Positions 12,613 through 25,150 of a DNA stretch of 44,966 nt are shown here, one piece after another; the stretch's first letter is position 1; every line of letters starts with the position of its first letter. Below the pieces are notes generated by a model. It searched no databases. It saw only the letters and a program-made list of their open reading frames with translations, and was not told the DNA's origin. Source of the DNA: Octopus bimaculoides (Eukaryota); assembly GCF_001194135.2 (NCBI RefSeq), contig NC_068994.1:7188421-7233386 (forward strand), written 5' to 3'. A program made the position numbers and the translations under genes.

Positions 12613-12880
12613 ATGGCTGAGGTCTTGACGAACAGCGGGGCGGCGAGCAAAGACGCGATGTCGGCCGCAAAATTACCAACCACTACATCCAGTCCGGCAA
12701 CAGATTTAACAAAAACAGCTTCATTGACGATAAAGAACGGCGTACAACCGAAAATTGTCATCATCGGAGCCGGCATTGCAGGAATTTCTGCCGCTGAATA
12801 CCTCATTAAGAACGGATTTACCGATATTACAATCTTGGAAGCTTCTAACCGAACCGGCGGTCGAATATGGACCATCTCTG
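12613..12880 (+). CDS. SMOX: Spermine oxidase-like flavin amine oxidase, first coding exon (89 codons + 1 nt, phase-1 donor)
   Basis: ATG in caaacATGG context. Translation has [17 protein letters not shown] (FAD-binding GxGxxG) and [14 protein letters not shown], typical of the PAO/SMOX N-terminus. Donor tctG|GTAAGC at 12881. The split codon G+AT (Asp) puts the next exon in frame. Confidence 0.92.
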
Positions 12881-13814
12881 GTAAGCTAGTGCCTTTTTTT
12901 TTTTTACATCTTCCCCGGCCCTTCTTTCTCTTTAACAGGTTCGCTTACCTTACGTTCCGAACACTTAATGAGGAAACCTTGCTACATTGTCGCTTCAGCT
13001 GTTAGAAATAGCATCCAACTCTCCCTCAAATTATTGTCTTGAACGAGGAACGGTTCTCACTAGATAATGCAGTCATACATGACCCTTAGAAAATGTGATG
13101 GTTACGACTGAGAATGCCTTTCGTTATAAGCCTGTTTAATAAGGGCTAACCCGAGTCTAACCAACACGTTTATTGTTTAAACTATTACATATAGTGTGTG
13201 TGTGAGAGTGTGTATCCCTGGATATTTTCTCCAACTCCTTAGATATATATATATNNNNNNNNNNNNNNNNNNNNNNNNNNNNNNNNNNNNNNNNNNNNNN
13301 NNNNNNNNNNNNNNNNNNNNNNNNNNNNNNNNNNNNNNNNNNNNNNNNNNNNNNNNNNNNNNNNNNNNNNNNNNNNNNNNNNNNNNNNNNNNNNNNNNNN
13401 NNNNNNNNNNNNNNNNNNNNNNNNNNNNNNNNNNNNNNNNNNNNNNNNNNNNNNNNNNNNNNNNNNNNNNNNNNNNNNNNNNNNNNNNNNNNNNNNNNNN
13501 NNNNNNNNNNNNNNNNNNNNNNNNNNNNNNNNNNNNNNNNNNNNNNNNNNNNNNNNNNNNNNNNNNNNNNNNNNNNNNNNNNNNNNNNNNNNNNNNNNNN
13601 NNNNNNNNNNNNNNNNNNNNNNNNNNNNNNNNNNNNNNNNNNNNNNNNNNNNNNNNNNNNNNNNNNNNNNNNNNNNNNNNNNNNNNNNNNNNNNNNNNNN
13701 NNNNNNNNNNNNNNNNNNNNNNNNNNNNNNNNNNNNNNNNNNNNNNNNNNNNNNNNNNNNNNNNNNNNNNNNNNNNNNNNNNNNNNNNNNNNNNNNNNNN
13801 NNNNNNNNTGTAGC

Positions 13815-14135
13815 TTTGGGAACACACACGCACATATATTTACACATATACATATATACACACATGCACGCATACATGCACACATACATATACACACGCG
13901 CACGCATACACGCACTCGCATATACACATACATACATACACACACACATACATACACACAAACATACATACACACAAACATACATACACACACACATACA
14001 TACACACAAACATATACATACATACACACAAACGTATACATGTATACACAAACATACATACATACACACACGCATATACATACATACATACATACGCATA
14101 CAAACATGCATACACATCTATACACGCACGTATAT
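13815..14135. repeat. Degenerate (CA/TA) alternating purine-pyrimidine tract; a similar (TG/CA) tract lies at 39595-40035
   Basis: Read directly; source of the MCVCV/HTHT ORFs. Confidence 0.9.
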
Positions 14136-15112
14136 AGGTGTGTGTTAATTAGGAATAAAGCGTTACCCTTGGCCCCCCCCCTTCTAGAATAAGATATTGC
14201 GAAGGTAAGAGTAACACGGGCAAAATATCTTATCACTCGCATCTTTATGCGAAACGTCTTCATATAAAAAGGGATTCGCTACGTGTGCATCCATTCCGCT
14301 AGAAATAATGAGATTCTCTTAATTTACAAATACCGTCTAAAAACAGCAAAAAAATGGACGCACTGACTAATATAATTTTAGATATATAATGACAGCTGGT
14401 CATCCCTAGAAAACAATATGCCCTTTTCTGTAGGGGCCGAATATATACAATACGTTAATATTAGTAAATGTAAACAAAACGCCCGAGTTCTCTTATATAC
14501 ACCTGCAGGTACGTGCCTACATAGATCGCAGCCGGGGTCTATATAAGATTTTTGTTTTTTTTTGTTTTGAGAGGTGGGGCTCACGCAAGGAAAAATTGTG
14601 GACCCATACAGTAGTGTATTAAAGGTCCGTGAAAAAAATGTTGATTTAGATGTGTTTGTTCCAAGAAGCTACAACCTTACCACAAGTGAGTGCGTGATAA
14701 ACAAAATAGAATTTTTGAAAGTATCTGTAAAGCTACTCTTTAAATATTGAATGGCGATGGTTAGGGGGGGGGGTCCACCAGAATAGAGTAGTAATCAAAG
14801 AGGTCCATTGGTAAAGAAAAAATGGTTGAGAACCATTGCTCTCTACACTATTGTTCGACCTGCTAGTAATAAGTGAAATTTCCCTAAAATTATACTTTAA
14901 AAGCTACACTGGATAGCACCCCCTAAAAAGGCTGGTCACGTTTGGAACGCCTTTGAGCAAAGATTTTCTCGTTCAGCGTTGACCTTGGACTGTAAACAGC
15001 AGAATGGTACATTCGGGAACACATCGAAACTTTGTCCCACCTCGTTCTCTGTTTTTTTTTTACCCACCCGAGCCTGTTCTATAACAATCACATTTACGAA
15101 ACACTTCCGTGG

Positions 15113-15291
15113 TTGTTCGACTGACTAGAAATATCAGCCAAATGCTCCTTGTCACAGCCCAAGGTTTTGAGAGAATAGTCATTTCTACATGCTCTTAAAA
15201 GGACGTGGTGGTCTTGGTTGGAATATTTTTAATCATTAGTCTTGCTCGATCAGGATTAACCTGTGTGACTGAACAACAACAACAACAACAA
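15113..15291 (+). mobile_element. Short interspersed repeat family D (core ctagaaatagcagccaaatctccc, (CAA)n tail)
   Basis: Similar cores at ~13000, 14850, 26745, 42365(-) and 42655; this copy ends in (aac)n. Confidence 0.55.
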
Positions 15292-16339
15292 TCCAGTAAT
15301 TTGCTATCCCCGAATTCCTTCAGTTCAAATTGAGAGATAACTGGTGATGGATGTTGCTTCTTTGTTGGACTCCATCCCCTGTGTCTGTCTTTCTATGTAT
15401 GTGTATTTAAGGTTATAAAAGATATGTATTTAAACGGATTCCCATGCAGAATATGGTTGACTGAATTCAACTTTTGTCAGTCTGTGCACATAGCATACAC
15501 ATACACACATTCCATTTCTCGGAGTATAGAATTTTAGCTCAAAGAGCTGTGTAGTGTTTCATGAAACATTAAAATTATTTTGAAATTTTGTTTATTCGCC
15601 ATTTAAACAAATAATGCTCACGGCGATTTGTTTTATATTTTTACTATAAAAGGACTGTCACAGTTCAGTTCCCCGTTTTGACACTTGCCTCGTTTTATTC
15701 AGGCTCAAGTTAATAATGACATTTAAAAGAAAACATGCGTGTCTTTTTAAATCTTAAGTTCCTCTGCATAGAATTCAAGCTGGTCACCAACATAGTGACA
15801 CAGTGGTCACTATGTTGGTGAAAAAAAGTGGGGGTAGTCTTGTGACTACCCTTACTTTTTTTTTCTTTTTTCGACAGCAGTCCCAGAGTTTTGTGAATAT
15901 CTGGGTGTACGTTTATGTGGGCGTATATGTGTGGATATACTCATATAATGGATGTATGTGTGTTTACATGTGTATGCAGTTTATTTTTTGCGTGTGTTTG
16001 AGAGAGTCTATGCTATTATATGCATACGTTAATTCCACGTAACTCAGAGAGGATCTTTGTGTTACAAATCAATTAGGTTTAGAGGATTGGAACTAGTTTG
16101 GTTTTTGTCACTGGAAAACCCTAGCATTTCAGATATTTTTATAAGCAAATGCTATCATCATGCACCATGTTCGCCATAGACATTCTCGCTTTGTTTTCCC
16201 CCCATAATTTTCGACGAGACAGACATATTAGCTGGGCAGCTGACCTCTTCACTATGATTTTTGTTTTGTTCTGTTTCTTTCGAATGACCGGCAGAACAAT
16301 CCTTCCTCCAGATAGAATTATAAATAGATAGCTTTAGCA

Positions 16340-16900
16340 ATGTCATGTTTCATGGGAAGATATGTAGATGATATATCTTGCATAATAAATAGTGTGGCAA
16401 AGTCGATATTTTCTATGACAATATAGGGGTTTGGAGGTATTCTTACCTCTTGTTGATCAGATATTTATTTAGTAGTAATTTGGTGTTCCTGATTAGCGAT
16501 GAAATATCCAAGGTGGGATGTGATGTAGCTATGACAGACAGGTCCAGGAGAGGCTGTTCTTTGTCACTCTTTACTCACAGCACCGACGTATGCAAGCAAC
16601 ATTCTTTATTAAATTCCCAGGTACTTGTAGCATCCATTCATTCACCACTGGAAATGACAGATAGATAAGCTGTTGATAAATGCATTTCCTCGTCTGGTCA
16701 ACAATATTTCCCAGATTGATTTACTATCGTATGAATAGTTACCGTTGGCACCAGCTCTGTCTTTCGAATACCTGAACAGAGCTCCTGGTTATCTTTGTAG
16801 CCCTGGGTTTTTTTTGTTTTTCCCAATAGGACTTACTAACGAGGATTTGACATTTAGGTCGAACCATAGACATGTTGTCACCCTGGAATATTCCCGTTGA
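16340..16900 (-). pseudogene. Decayed non-LTR retrotransposon reverse-transcriptase fragment (R4/Dong/NeSL-like)
   Basis: The minus strand gives GIFQGD (16894-16877) and then YKYLGI (16629-16612) in the expected order, in different frames, with stops between. Confidence 0.6.
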
Positions 16901-16973
16901 TAACCTAATTGCCTCTAGTGGTTGGTTCAGTTGTTAGTATTGTTTATATCTATGTTTCTCTCTCTCTCTCTCT

Positions 16974-17013
<40 letters not shown>

Positions 17014-17958
17014 AACAATATATGAGTATATGCATATATATGTACATGTATGTATATACGTTCATCTACATGTACATATAGATACATAACTGGGTACATG
17101 ACGTGGCAAAAGAACAAGGACAAAATGGTGAACAAGGTGCAACAAACAAGCAGGCCACATAGAAACATCCCCTTCATCAGCTGCCACCATTAAAACTCCG
17201 GCGTTTCGAAGAATTAAGGCAGTACGCATCGTTAAAATGGTTCTTCCCACGAACACAAATTAAATTGTTTTCGTGGAGGGTAGTGGCGGACGGAAAACAA
17301 GACAGGAAAACAAAACGGTGAAATAAACAAACAAAAAGGCTGTACAGCCAGACGTGAAGTGTGTATGTCTTGAACGCTGTGAAGCACGGACAGGAGGGGC
17401 AAAGAAGTACGTGCGAGTTTGGTGATTCCAAGAACGAAAAGAAATAGCAGCCGGACACATATATATATATATGTATATTAATTAATAATGATACACGCGT
17501 ACATACAGCCATTAATTTTGGCTAAATGTCGACTGGCTCTCCATTGACAGCTGTTCAATCAGGTGATAAAATTTACCTGTAGATTACATTTTTTCTTTGA
17601 TTTGTTTCTGTTAACTGTGTGTGTGCATACATATAAACACAAAATCTCTCGCATATATGATATATATATGTGAGTGTGTGTGTGTATATACGTGCGCGCG
17701 CGTGTAAAAGTTCTTAAGCTGTAGTTCTTCGTTTAATTTCCTTATCAGAAAGAATATCTTTGTTCTTTCTTCGATATTGAAAGTGAGGGAACAATCTTCT
17801 TTTAAAGAGTGCGTGTGTGTGTATATTATAGCTGAATTGTTTGAGGGACGGAAGTTGAGTTATATATCTATGTATATGTAAAGTATGTTAAATGTGGCGG
17901 TTATGATTGTCTCTTAGGAAAAAAGCACTTTAATACTAAGTGTCTAATGTTCTAGTGG

Positions 17959-17990
<32 letters not shown>

Positions 17991-20900
17991 TCCAAAACTG
18001 TTGAGACTGGACATTGTCTTTTCCACTGTCCCATTTCGAGGGCTACAAACTAACACAGTCACAGACAAATCTTATGACCAGTATATGTGAACTTTTTTTT
18101 TTCCATTGTTTTGAGAGAGATGACCATATAATGTGCACAGATGCTCGCTGATATATGCGTATATATTTCTTCTATGCATATAAGTACCCAAATACTAGTG
18201 AGTATGACTTTGTTCAGTTACAGTCGTACCCCTACTAGGGACCAGTTTCTTGGAATCGATTCCTGTATAGTAAATAAAGCCATTTAATGAAAATAGTTAT
18301 TGTTGATTTTAAAAAATGAGGTTGAATGGAGGGAAAACCCAATTTAATCTATCTACATAACATTATAAATACACAACAAAAACTTATAAAATTTATCTCA
18401 TGGGGAATGAAAAAGGTAAGGAATTAGTTGGGTTTCTCCTTTCATGTTTGTTTTTCCTAAAAATTTCAATTTTTTTCCTTCCTAACTCCATACCTTTTCC
18501 TTTCCTCGTGAGATAAGTGGAAACTATTCCAAAACTCCGTCGAAATTTATTATTATTATAAGGATTTCGTCAGTGGAAAGTTTTGCGGGTGTTAAAAATG
18601 CAATAGTGGCTTATATTGCTCTATTTTTTCCTTACTCTGTTTTTATTATTATTTTTTTTCTATGTGGAGCGACACAATTCTTAATTTATAAACTGGGTCG
18701 ATTGGGCGGGCACCATCGTATGGTGAAGGGGAAACGGAGAAAGTGAGAGAGAAGAAAAGCAGGGGTCTATTATTTTTTGGTTTCCGCCCTGTCGACCAAG
18801 TTTTTTCTTTTTTCTCTCGTTATGTGTATGTGTGTATATATTACGTCTGTCTCGGGAATAGATTTGAAACTAATGCCAGAATATTTAATGTGTTGCAACA
18901 AATGAAATGCGTTAATGAAGCGTTTTCGTGTCTTTAAATTATACATACATATATATATATATGAAGGTGTGTGTGTGTGTTGACGGTGGTTGTCTAGCAA
19001 GGAGAAGCTAGAATAATGAGAAACTGTATTGTTGTTATTTTTAATTATCTGACTCAATATGTGCATAATAATAACGAAGATTATGATTAACTGTTGCAGA
19101 GAGTTGTTCTGCATCATGAATGAATCACCGTTTATTGAACAGGCAGGAGCGGTCGGCAGCCCTCCCAATTTTTATTGACATCATAGTCTGTTCTTGATGC
19201 ATTACGTGCCTGTTACACCTGTGTGTGTGTGTGTGTGTGTGTGTTTGTGTTGTGTTCGAAAGTGTTTTAAAATTATTGTTTGTTGGTGTGTGTGCCATAT
19301 AACTTAAAGGTGCACACATGTGTGGATATTGATTTTAAGCTATCAGATATGACCTGGGATCAAATGGTGACATATATATATATATCGGTCTTGCCATCTA
19401 TTTAGTGTGTGTGGTAGTCTTTGCAAGCAAAAGTGCCCCCCACCCTCTCTTATTTCCTCATAACATTCAGAAAAATAGAAGTCTGTTCAGCAATTTGTTT
19501 ATCTAATGCGCCTCATGTGTCTGTCTACACACACACGCAGAGGTTTGGTGATACAAATTTAATGGAATCAGTAATTCGGTTATAAAGCGATAGTTTGTGA
19601 TTTACCGTTTAAAGTACCTTGTACGAAACTCTCGTTCCTTCAGTCACTTATATAAATAACTAGATAAGGTGTAAAACTATATTTATTTAGTTGCAGGTAG
19701 CACTGGTCGAGTAAACTTACCGACCAACAGACGTTCCATCCGTGATTGTCTAAACATAAATGCCTGTAGTGTTCTTATGTGATTCGGTGATTTGGCTGCT
19801 GTGTCTAGCAGTTCGAACGACAACATAGAGGCTGGGTTGTGTCTTTGTTGGTTCAGCCCTCGACTGATTAGGCATGACTACCTCCTACCGTGACCATCAT
19901 GTTCGTTTCTCAGAAACAGTGTCACTAGGACACACTAGACCACTCAGTGTGATCGCCCCACCACCACATTATTATTATTATTATTCCACCGAGGTCGACT
20001 TTTCCTTTCATCCTTTCGAGTTCGATAAAATAAGTACCAGTTACGTACTGGGGATGGCAGTATAAATCGACTAGGCTTTCCCCTAAAATTTCTGGCCTTG
20101 TGCCTATAATAGAAAAGATTATTTTCTTAAGACGGTACTGTGCGATTTGAAGGACATGTGGCTTCTTCTTCTTGTAGGTCGAGCAACTACTTCAAGGCTC
20201 CCACGTTGGCTTGCTTCGTTGCTAGTGTCCAACCTAGATGTGTTTGTGTATGCATATATACAATATGTATATATATATATATATATACATAAGTATATTG
20301 TTATTGATAATGCACCTGTCTCACCGGTGTCTGTTTGTAATTAATCCCTTTGTCTGAGATCGATGTACTCATTCGTACATAATCTAAACTGCTGTTTGTA
20401 TTTTTTTCTTCTTTCCTATATTCATAAACAAACTTCTTTTTTGTGTGATTTAAAAACCGAGTAATGTAGTTTAGTTTAGAAGCTATCATTTTCATACAGT
20501 AAAAATAGAGGTAACTGGTAAAAAAAAGAAAAAAAGCAACCTAAAAATATATAAAGCTGTGTCTTTAAACATGCAAGATGTGTTTGGTTGGTCTTATTTA
20601 GTATGAGTTGAGGCCAATATATATATATATACATATATATATACACAATGACATGAATAAACTGTGATGTATCTGTTGCGAAGGATGCTCTTGTCGCTTG
20701 TCCGCCATTTAGTTGTTTTCTCTGTCTCCCACTTGTTGACGTTCTTCGTCTAATGACGTAAGTTTTTATTCATTGTCTTCTCCCACCCCTCCCACTTTCC
20801 CTCCCCTCCACAACCTTTCATCTCTTTTTTTTAATTCACATCACCTAATTGACAGTTATTATACCCCCCCCACTCTTCTCTCCTTCTATAATACATACAT

Positions 20901-21139
20901 ACATACCTCCATGCATACGTACATACATATATACATACATGTGTGTGTATATTCTTTTGAAGTCATTGAATGGTCTCTTGTCGACGCCAGTACATATATC
21001 TACATACATACATACATAAACGTGGAAAGATTCTTTTCTTTATATTTCCTTTAATCTTATTTTACAATGTCTTCTGCTCTGTTGTTCTGCTATACATATC
21101 TGTAGTGGGGGATGCATGTGTGTATGTATCTGTATATAT

Positions 21140-21508
21140 TTTTTTATCTTGCTTTAGTCATTGGACTATGATCATTCTGGAGCTCCGCTTTGGACGCCTT
21201 TTGTCGAACAAATCGATCCCCAGTATATATTTTTGAGTCTGCTACTATCATTGCTTTTGCCGAACCGCTACGTTACGGGGAGGTAAACAAACCAACGGTT
21301 GTCAAGCGCGCGTGCACACAAACACACACGCCTTTTTGTATATAAACGACGGGCTTCCACACAGTTTCCGTCTACTAGATTCACTCACAAACCACTGGTC
21401 GACCCGGGGCTATAATAGAAAAACACTGGCCCAAAGTGTTGCTCAGTGGGACTGAACCCGAAATCGCGTGGTTACAAAGCGAGCTTCTTTACCATGTAGC
21501 CATTCCTG
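21140..21508 (-). mobile_element. Diverged SINE family A copy
   Basis: Reverse-complement similarity from head to tail. Confidence 0.8.
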
Positions 21509-22036
21509 CAAAACACACACACAAAATGGTTGTACTAAGGATTTCACTTTGTGTTTCGTGTTTCGATCCCCAACTGCGCGAAACTTTGGGTCCTCAGATT
21601 CACCAATACTTCGGGAATAGCATTTGGTCAACAGAAACTGTACGGAAGACTCGTGTGGTGCATGTGTAAGACTCGAGTTTATATTTATACCGGTCGAATA
21701 ACCTATGTTTTTATGTTGTGCCCTACCGTTTTCCCGTACTAAAAAGAAAGCAGTTCGATAAATAGATATCGATAAAATAGTTACCACACTGAAATATGTA
21801 CTAGGCTCCAAATGATTGATTAAAACTCAGAAAGGCTGTGCTGCAACATGGTCGTGGTTCCAACGACTGGAACCACTAAAAGAATATTAAAAAAACGTGT
21901 CTAATCTAATACATTTTTGGAATGTTTTCTTCGAATTTGCTCACAAATCTGCCAATGTGTTAAAAGATCTTAATTTTAATGTTACTTCTTACACAGGAAA
22001 TGCTTCTAAACTTAATTCTTATTGTGTTTCACCGTT

Positions 22037-22318
22037 TGCTGCGTGCTAAGAAGTTTGCTGGCTTTGGGTTCGATCCCACTGAGTGGCACCGTGGGCAAGT
22101 GTATTTCACTATGTATAGCCCTAGACCGACCAGATCCTTGCGAGCGGATCTGGTAGACTGCAACCGGTGGTTATTTGTTTACGTTCTTGTAATACAGCGG
22201 TTCCGCTAAAGTGATTGATAGAATAAATATCAGACTTTAAATAATTCGTTCGACTAAACTATATAAAGTGCCTCGGCATGGCCGCAGTCAAATGATTGAT
22301 GAAACTGACAAAAAGGAG
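22037..22318 (+). mobile_element. SINE family A copy with internal deletion
   Basis: Head, ggcacc.tgggcaagtgt and catggccgcagtcaaatga are present; the central microsatellite is missing. Confidence 0.75.
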
Positions 22319-24168
22319 GCGTGTGTGTCTAGAAATGGAGAACTGATAAATTTATTGCTATTGTTTTTAGTGAAAGAAACGTCTGTTTGTATAAGTGCGC
22401 CTACGCGCACTTTTGCTATACGTCACCAGAAGCGAAAAAAAAATGTGGGTTAAAATTTCTTTATTTCTATAGTCTTGTAATCTTTCATGCTTTATCAAAA
22501 TAATGCCAGAAACAAAAGATTTCCAACATGAATTCACAATGGAAGGGTTTGTCTCTTAATATCCTCTCGTCTGATAAATCTTTGTTGGGGTAACAATTCT
22601 CTATTGAAAGATTTGACTTCAGTGAAACTGTTTCGCTCCAGTGCTTTTTCTTTAGTCTTTTGCAGTAAATATTTTGGAGCCACTTTATCGTACAGTCTCA
22701 CCTTTACCCTAAACCTGACCCTGATCAGGTCATTTAATAGTGTAGACTTCGGATACTGTGGTAGGCTGCACTCTAAAGTAGCACCATTTTTTTTTTTTCT
22801 GTTGTTTCTTTGTGAAGACTTCGTTTCGAAGGTAATGTATTCCTACAAAATCTCAGCGATAGTCATCGATAATTTTGTGTATTGCTCTACGTTTCAGATC
22901 CATTACGTAAAAGTTTATTGCTTACGATATTATTGAAGTCTTGCTACAATGTTCTTCCATAGTTAAAGACCATTTCTGTCCAAGAGAGTCCAAAATCTCA
23001 CACACGTAGGTATCACAAGTGTCCATCAGCAAATCCCAAATGTTGCCCCTGTGACCAACTTGTTTGTTGTAGGGTTTGAAACATTTTACGTTATTGTACA
23101 TGGTTGTTAAACACATGTACATACACGCATGCATATGCATATAGACATATTGTTTTTATGATATATACACGCATACATATATTCTTTATCCATTTTCTGT
23201 CTGTAATATTAACAAGCATAGCAAGCATACTTTAGCGATTTGAAATGAAAGGCAAAATTGACTCCGGTAGAATTTGAACTCGGAGCATAGAAAGTCAGGT
23301 CGATTACTCGCAAAGCAATCTATCCCACGCTCTAACCACTCTGCCAATTACTCCACCCGTGTGTGTGTGTGTGTGTCTTTATCGCTTAACACTGCCGTTT
23401 ATCCAACCAGTATTCAAGAAGCTAGTAAAGCGTCTCTCTGTTGGGCCAGACGCTCTCTGCTTGCTTGGCTTGTTTATTTTACGTCAACCGTTCTTGTATA
23501 TCAGATTACTAGTCGTTTACATGTAAGTACAGGCATACGTACGTTAAATAGCATTGGCACAAGGCCAGTCTTTGTGGGACGATGTGTAAAGACAGGAGTA
23601 TCTTACTGGCATTTGGTTTCTTCATGCCGTTCATGGGGCTGCGTGTGTGAAGAAATGCTTTGTCGCGTCTGGCGGGATTTTTTTTCCTTAAATAGAATTC
23701 ATATCATGCATTTTGTGAACTATAGCGTCGTTAGTTTATAGGCTTCCAAAAACGAACTTTTCATTGACTCACTACATTTCTGATGGTGGAGAGGGTGACA
23801 GAGCAGAGTCTGCACTTTTCAGGCGGAATTATATATTGCATGGTACTTACATTCGACGCACCGCTTTATTGGTTTTTCTTGCCGACACACACATTTCTAT
23901 GACGGAATTCTGCTAAGTCTCCGTTAACCACATTTCATTCAAAATGCATTAGTCAGTCCGACACTTTGGTAGAAGATACTTGCCTAAGGTGCCGTACCCA
24001 AGTGGGATTGAAACCAGAAGCATGTGGTTTGAAAGTGAACTTGTCTCTGAGAACAGAGCCTTAAACAGGTGACACACTAAATATAATGAAGATATCTATT
24101 GAAGTCCGACGCGTTCCCGTTTATACAAATTCACTCGTTTTGCACGTTGAATAACATTTACTTCTGTA

Positions 24169-24557
24169 GTGGAGGCGCAATGGCCTAGTGGTTAGGGCAG
24201 TGGACTCGCGGTCATAGAATCGCGATTTCGATTCCCAGTCCGGGCGTTGAGTGTTTATTGAGCGAAAACACCAAAAGCCCCACGAGGCTCCGGCAGGGGA
24301 TGCTGGCGAACCCTGCTGTACTCTTTCACCACAACTTTCTCTCACTCTTACTTCCTGTTTCTGTTGTACCTGTAATTCAAAAGGGTCAAGCCTTGTCACA
24401 CTCTGTGTCACGCTGAATATCCCCGAGAACTACGTTAAGGGTACACGTGTCTGTGGAGTGCTCAGCCACTTGCACGTTAATTTCACGAGCAGGCTGTTCC
24501 GTTGATCTGATCAACTGGAACCCTCGTCGTTGTAAGCGACGGAGTTCCAACAACAAC
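24169..24557 (+). mobile_element. Full-length SINE family B with target-site duplication
   Basis: tRNA-like head gtggaggcgcaatggcctagtggttagggc and (CAA)n tail. ACTTCTGTA occurs at 24160-24168 and 24556-24564 (the right copy overlaps the tail end by 2 nt). Confidence 0.92.
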
Positions 24558-24744
24558 TTCTGTATTGGTAATGTGCATACACACATACACACACTTTCTC
24601 TCGCTCTAATACTGATGTTTGGCATCTGTCTTCCCGTAAATCTATGGTCTGCATTACACTTGACTGCTTCACGGCACCTATTTTAGAAGCAAATTAGTAA
24701 AGACGCTTCCCCAATGAAGTCTGCATTGTTTTACAAGCGTGACT

Positions 24745-25150
24745 GTGTGATTAAGAAGCTCCCTTTGCAACCACTTGGTTTCTAGTTCAAACCCGCACGA
24801 TCTTCACTAGGGTGTTAGGGTTAGTGTTTAGGTTTACGGTTAGGGACGGAATTCCCTAACCCTAAAACTAACCCTGAAACCCTAACCCCCTAGTGAAGAT
24901 CGTGCGGGTGTTAATCTGAAAAATTACCGTGTCTTCAACTATCGACTCAAGCTTTGAGTGAATTTCGTCGGCGAAAACTGAGAGAAGCCCGTCGTGTGTG
25001 TGTGTGTGTGTGTGCGTGTCTGTCTGTCTGTCTTTGTGCTGGTTTGTTTACGTCCCCGTAAATTAGCGATTCAGCAAAAGCGACCGATACTACCTCCCCA
25101 CCCAAGCCGGTGCCCCCAGCATGGCCGATGTCCAATGATAAAGATAAAAG
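24745..25150 (+). mobile_element. SINE family A copy interrupted by a telomere-repeat MITE
   Basis: Head caaccacttggtttctagttcaaaccc precedes the insert; the SINE resumes at gtgtcttcaactat (~24929). Confidence 0.8.
24791..24928. mobile_element. Fold-back MITE-like element with internal telomere-like repeats (left TIR truncated)
   Basis: Perfect 22-bp inverted repeat at 24791-24812/24888-24909. The G-rich TTAGGG-like left half faces a C-rich CCCTAA-like right half. The right end cgtgcgggtgttaatctgaaaaattacc is the exact reverse complement of 26225-26252. Confidence 0.8.

Noticed and set aside
12477-12875. 132-aa minus-strand ORF
   Set aside because: It is the antisense shadow of the SMOX coding exon and has no recognisable motif.
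16358-16375. Plus-strand RYVDDI, a Penelope-type RT catalytic motif
   Set aside because: Isolated, followed by a stop after 16 codons, with no downstream PLE motifs. The opposite strand has two ordered RT motifs, so it is probably coincidental, though not fully excluded.
20735-20765. Two TGACGT half-sites and a GTAAGT donor-like site
   Set aside because: Short motifs expected by chance in 45 kb, with no supported exon or promoter context.
22705-22740. ccctaaacctgaccctga telomere-like stretch
   Set aside because: Too short and degenerate, and lacks the TIRs of the 24791/26225 elements.
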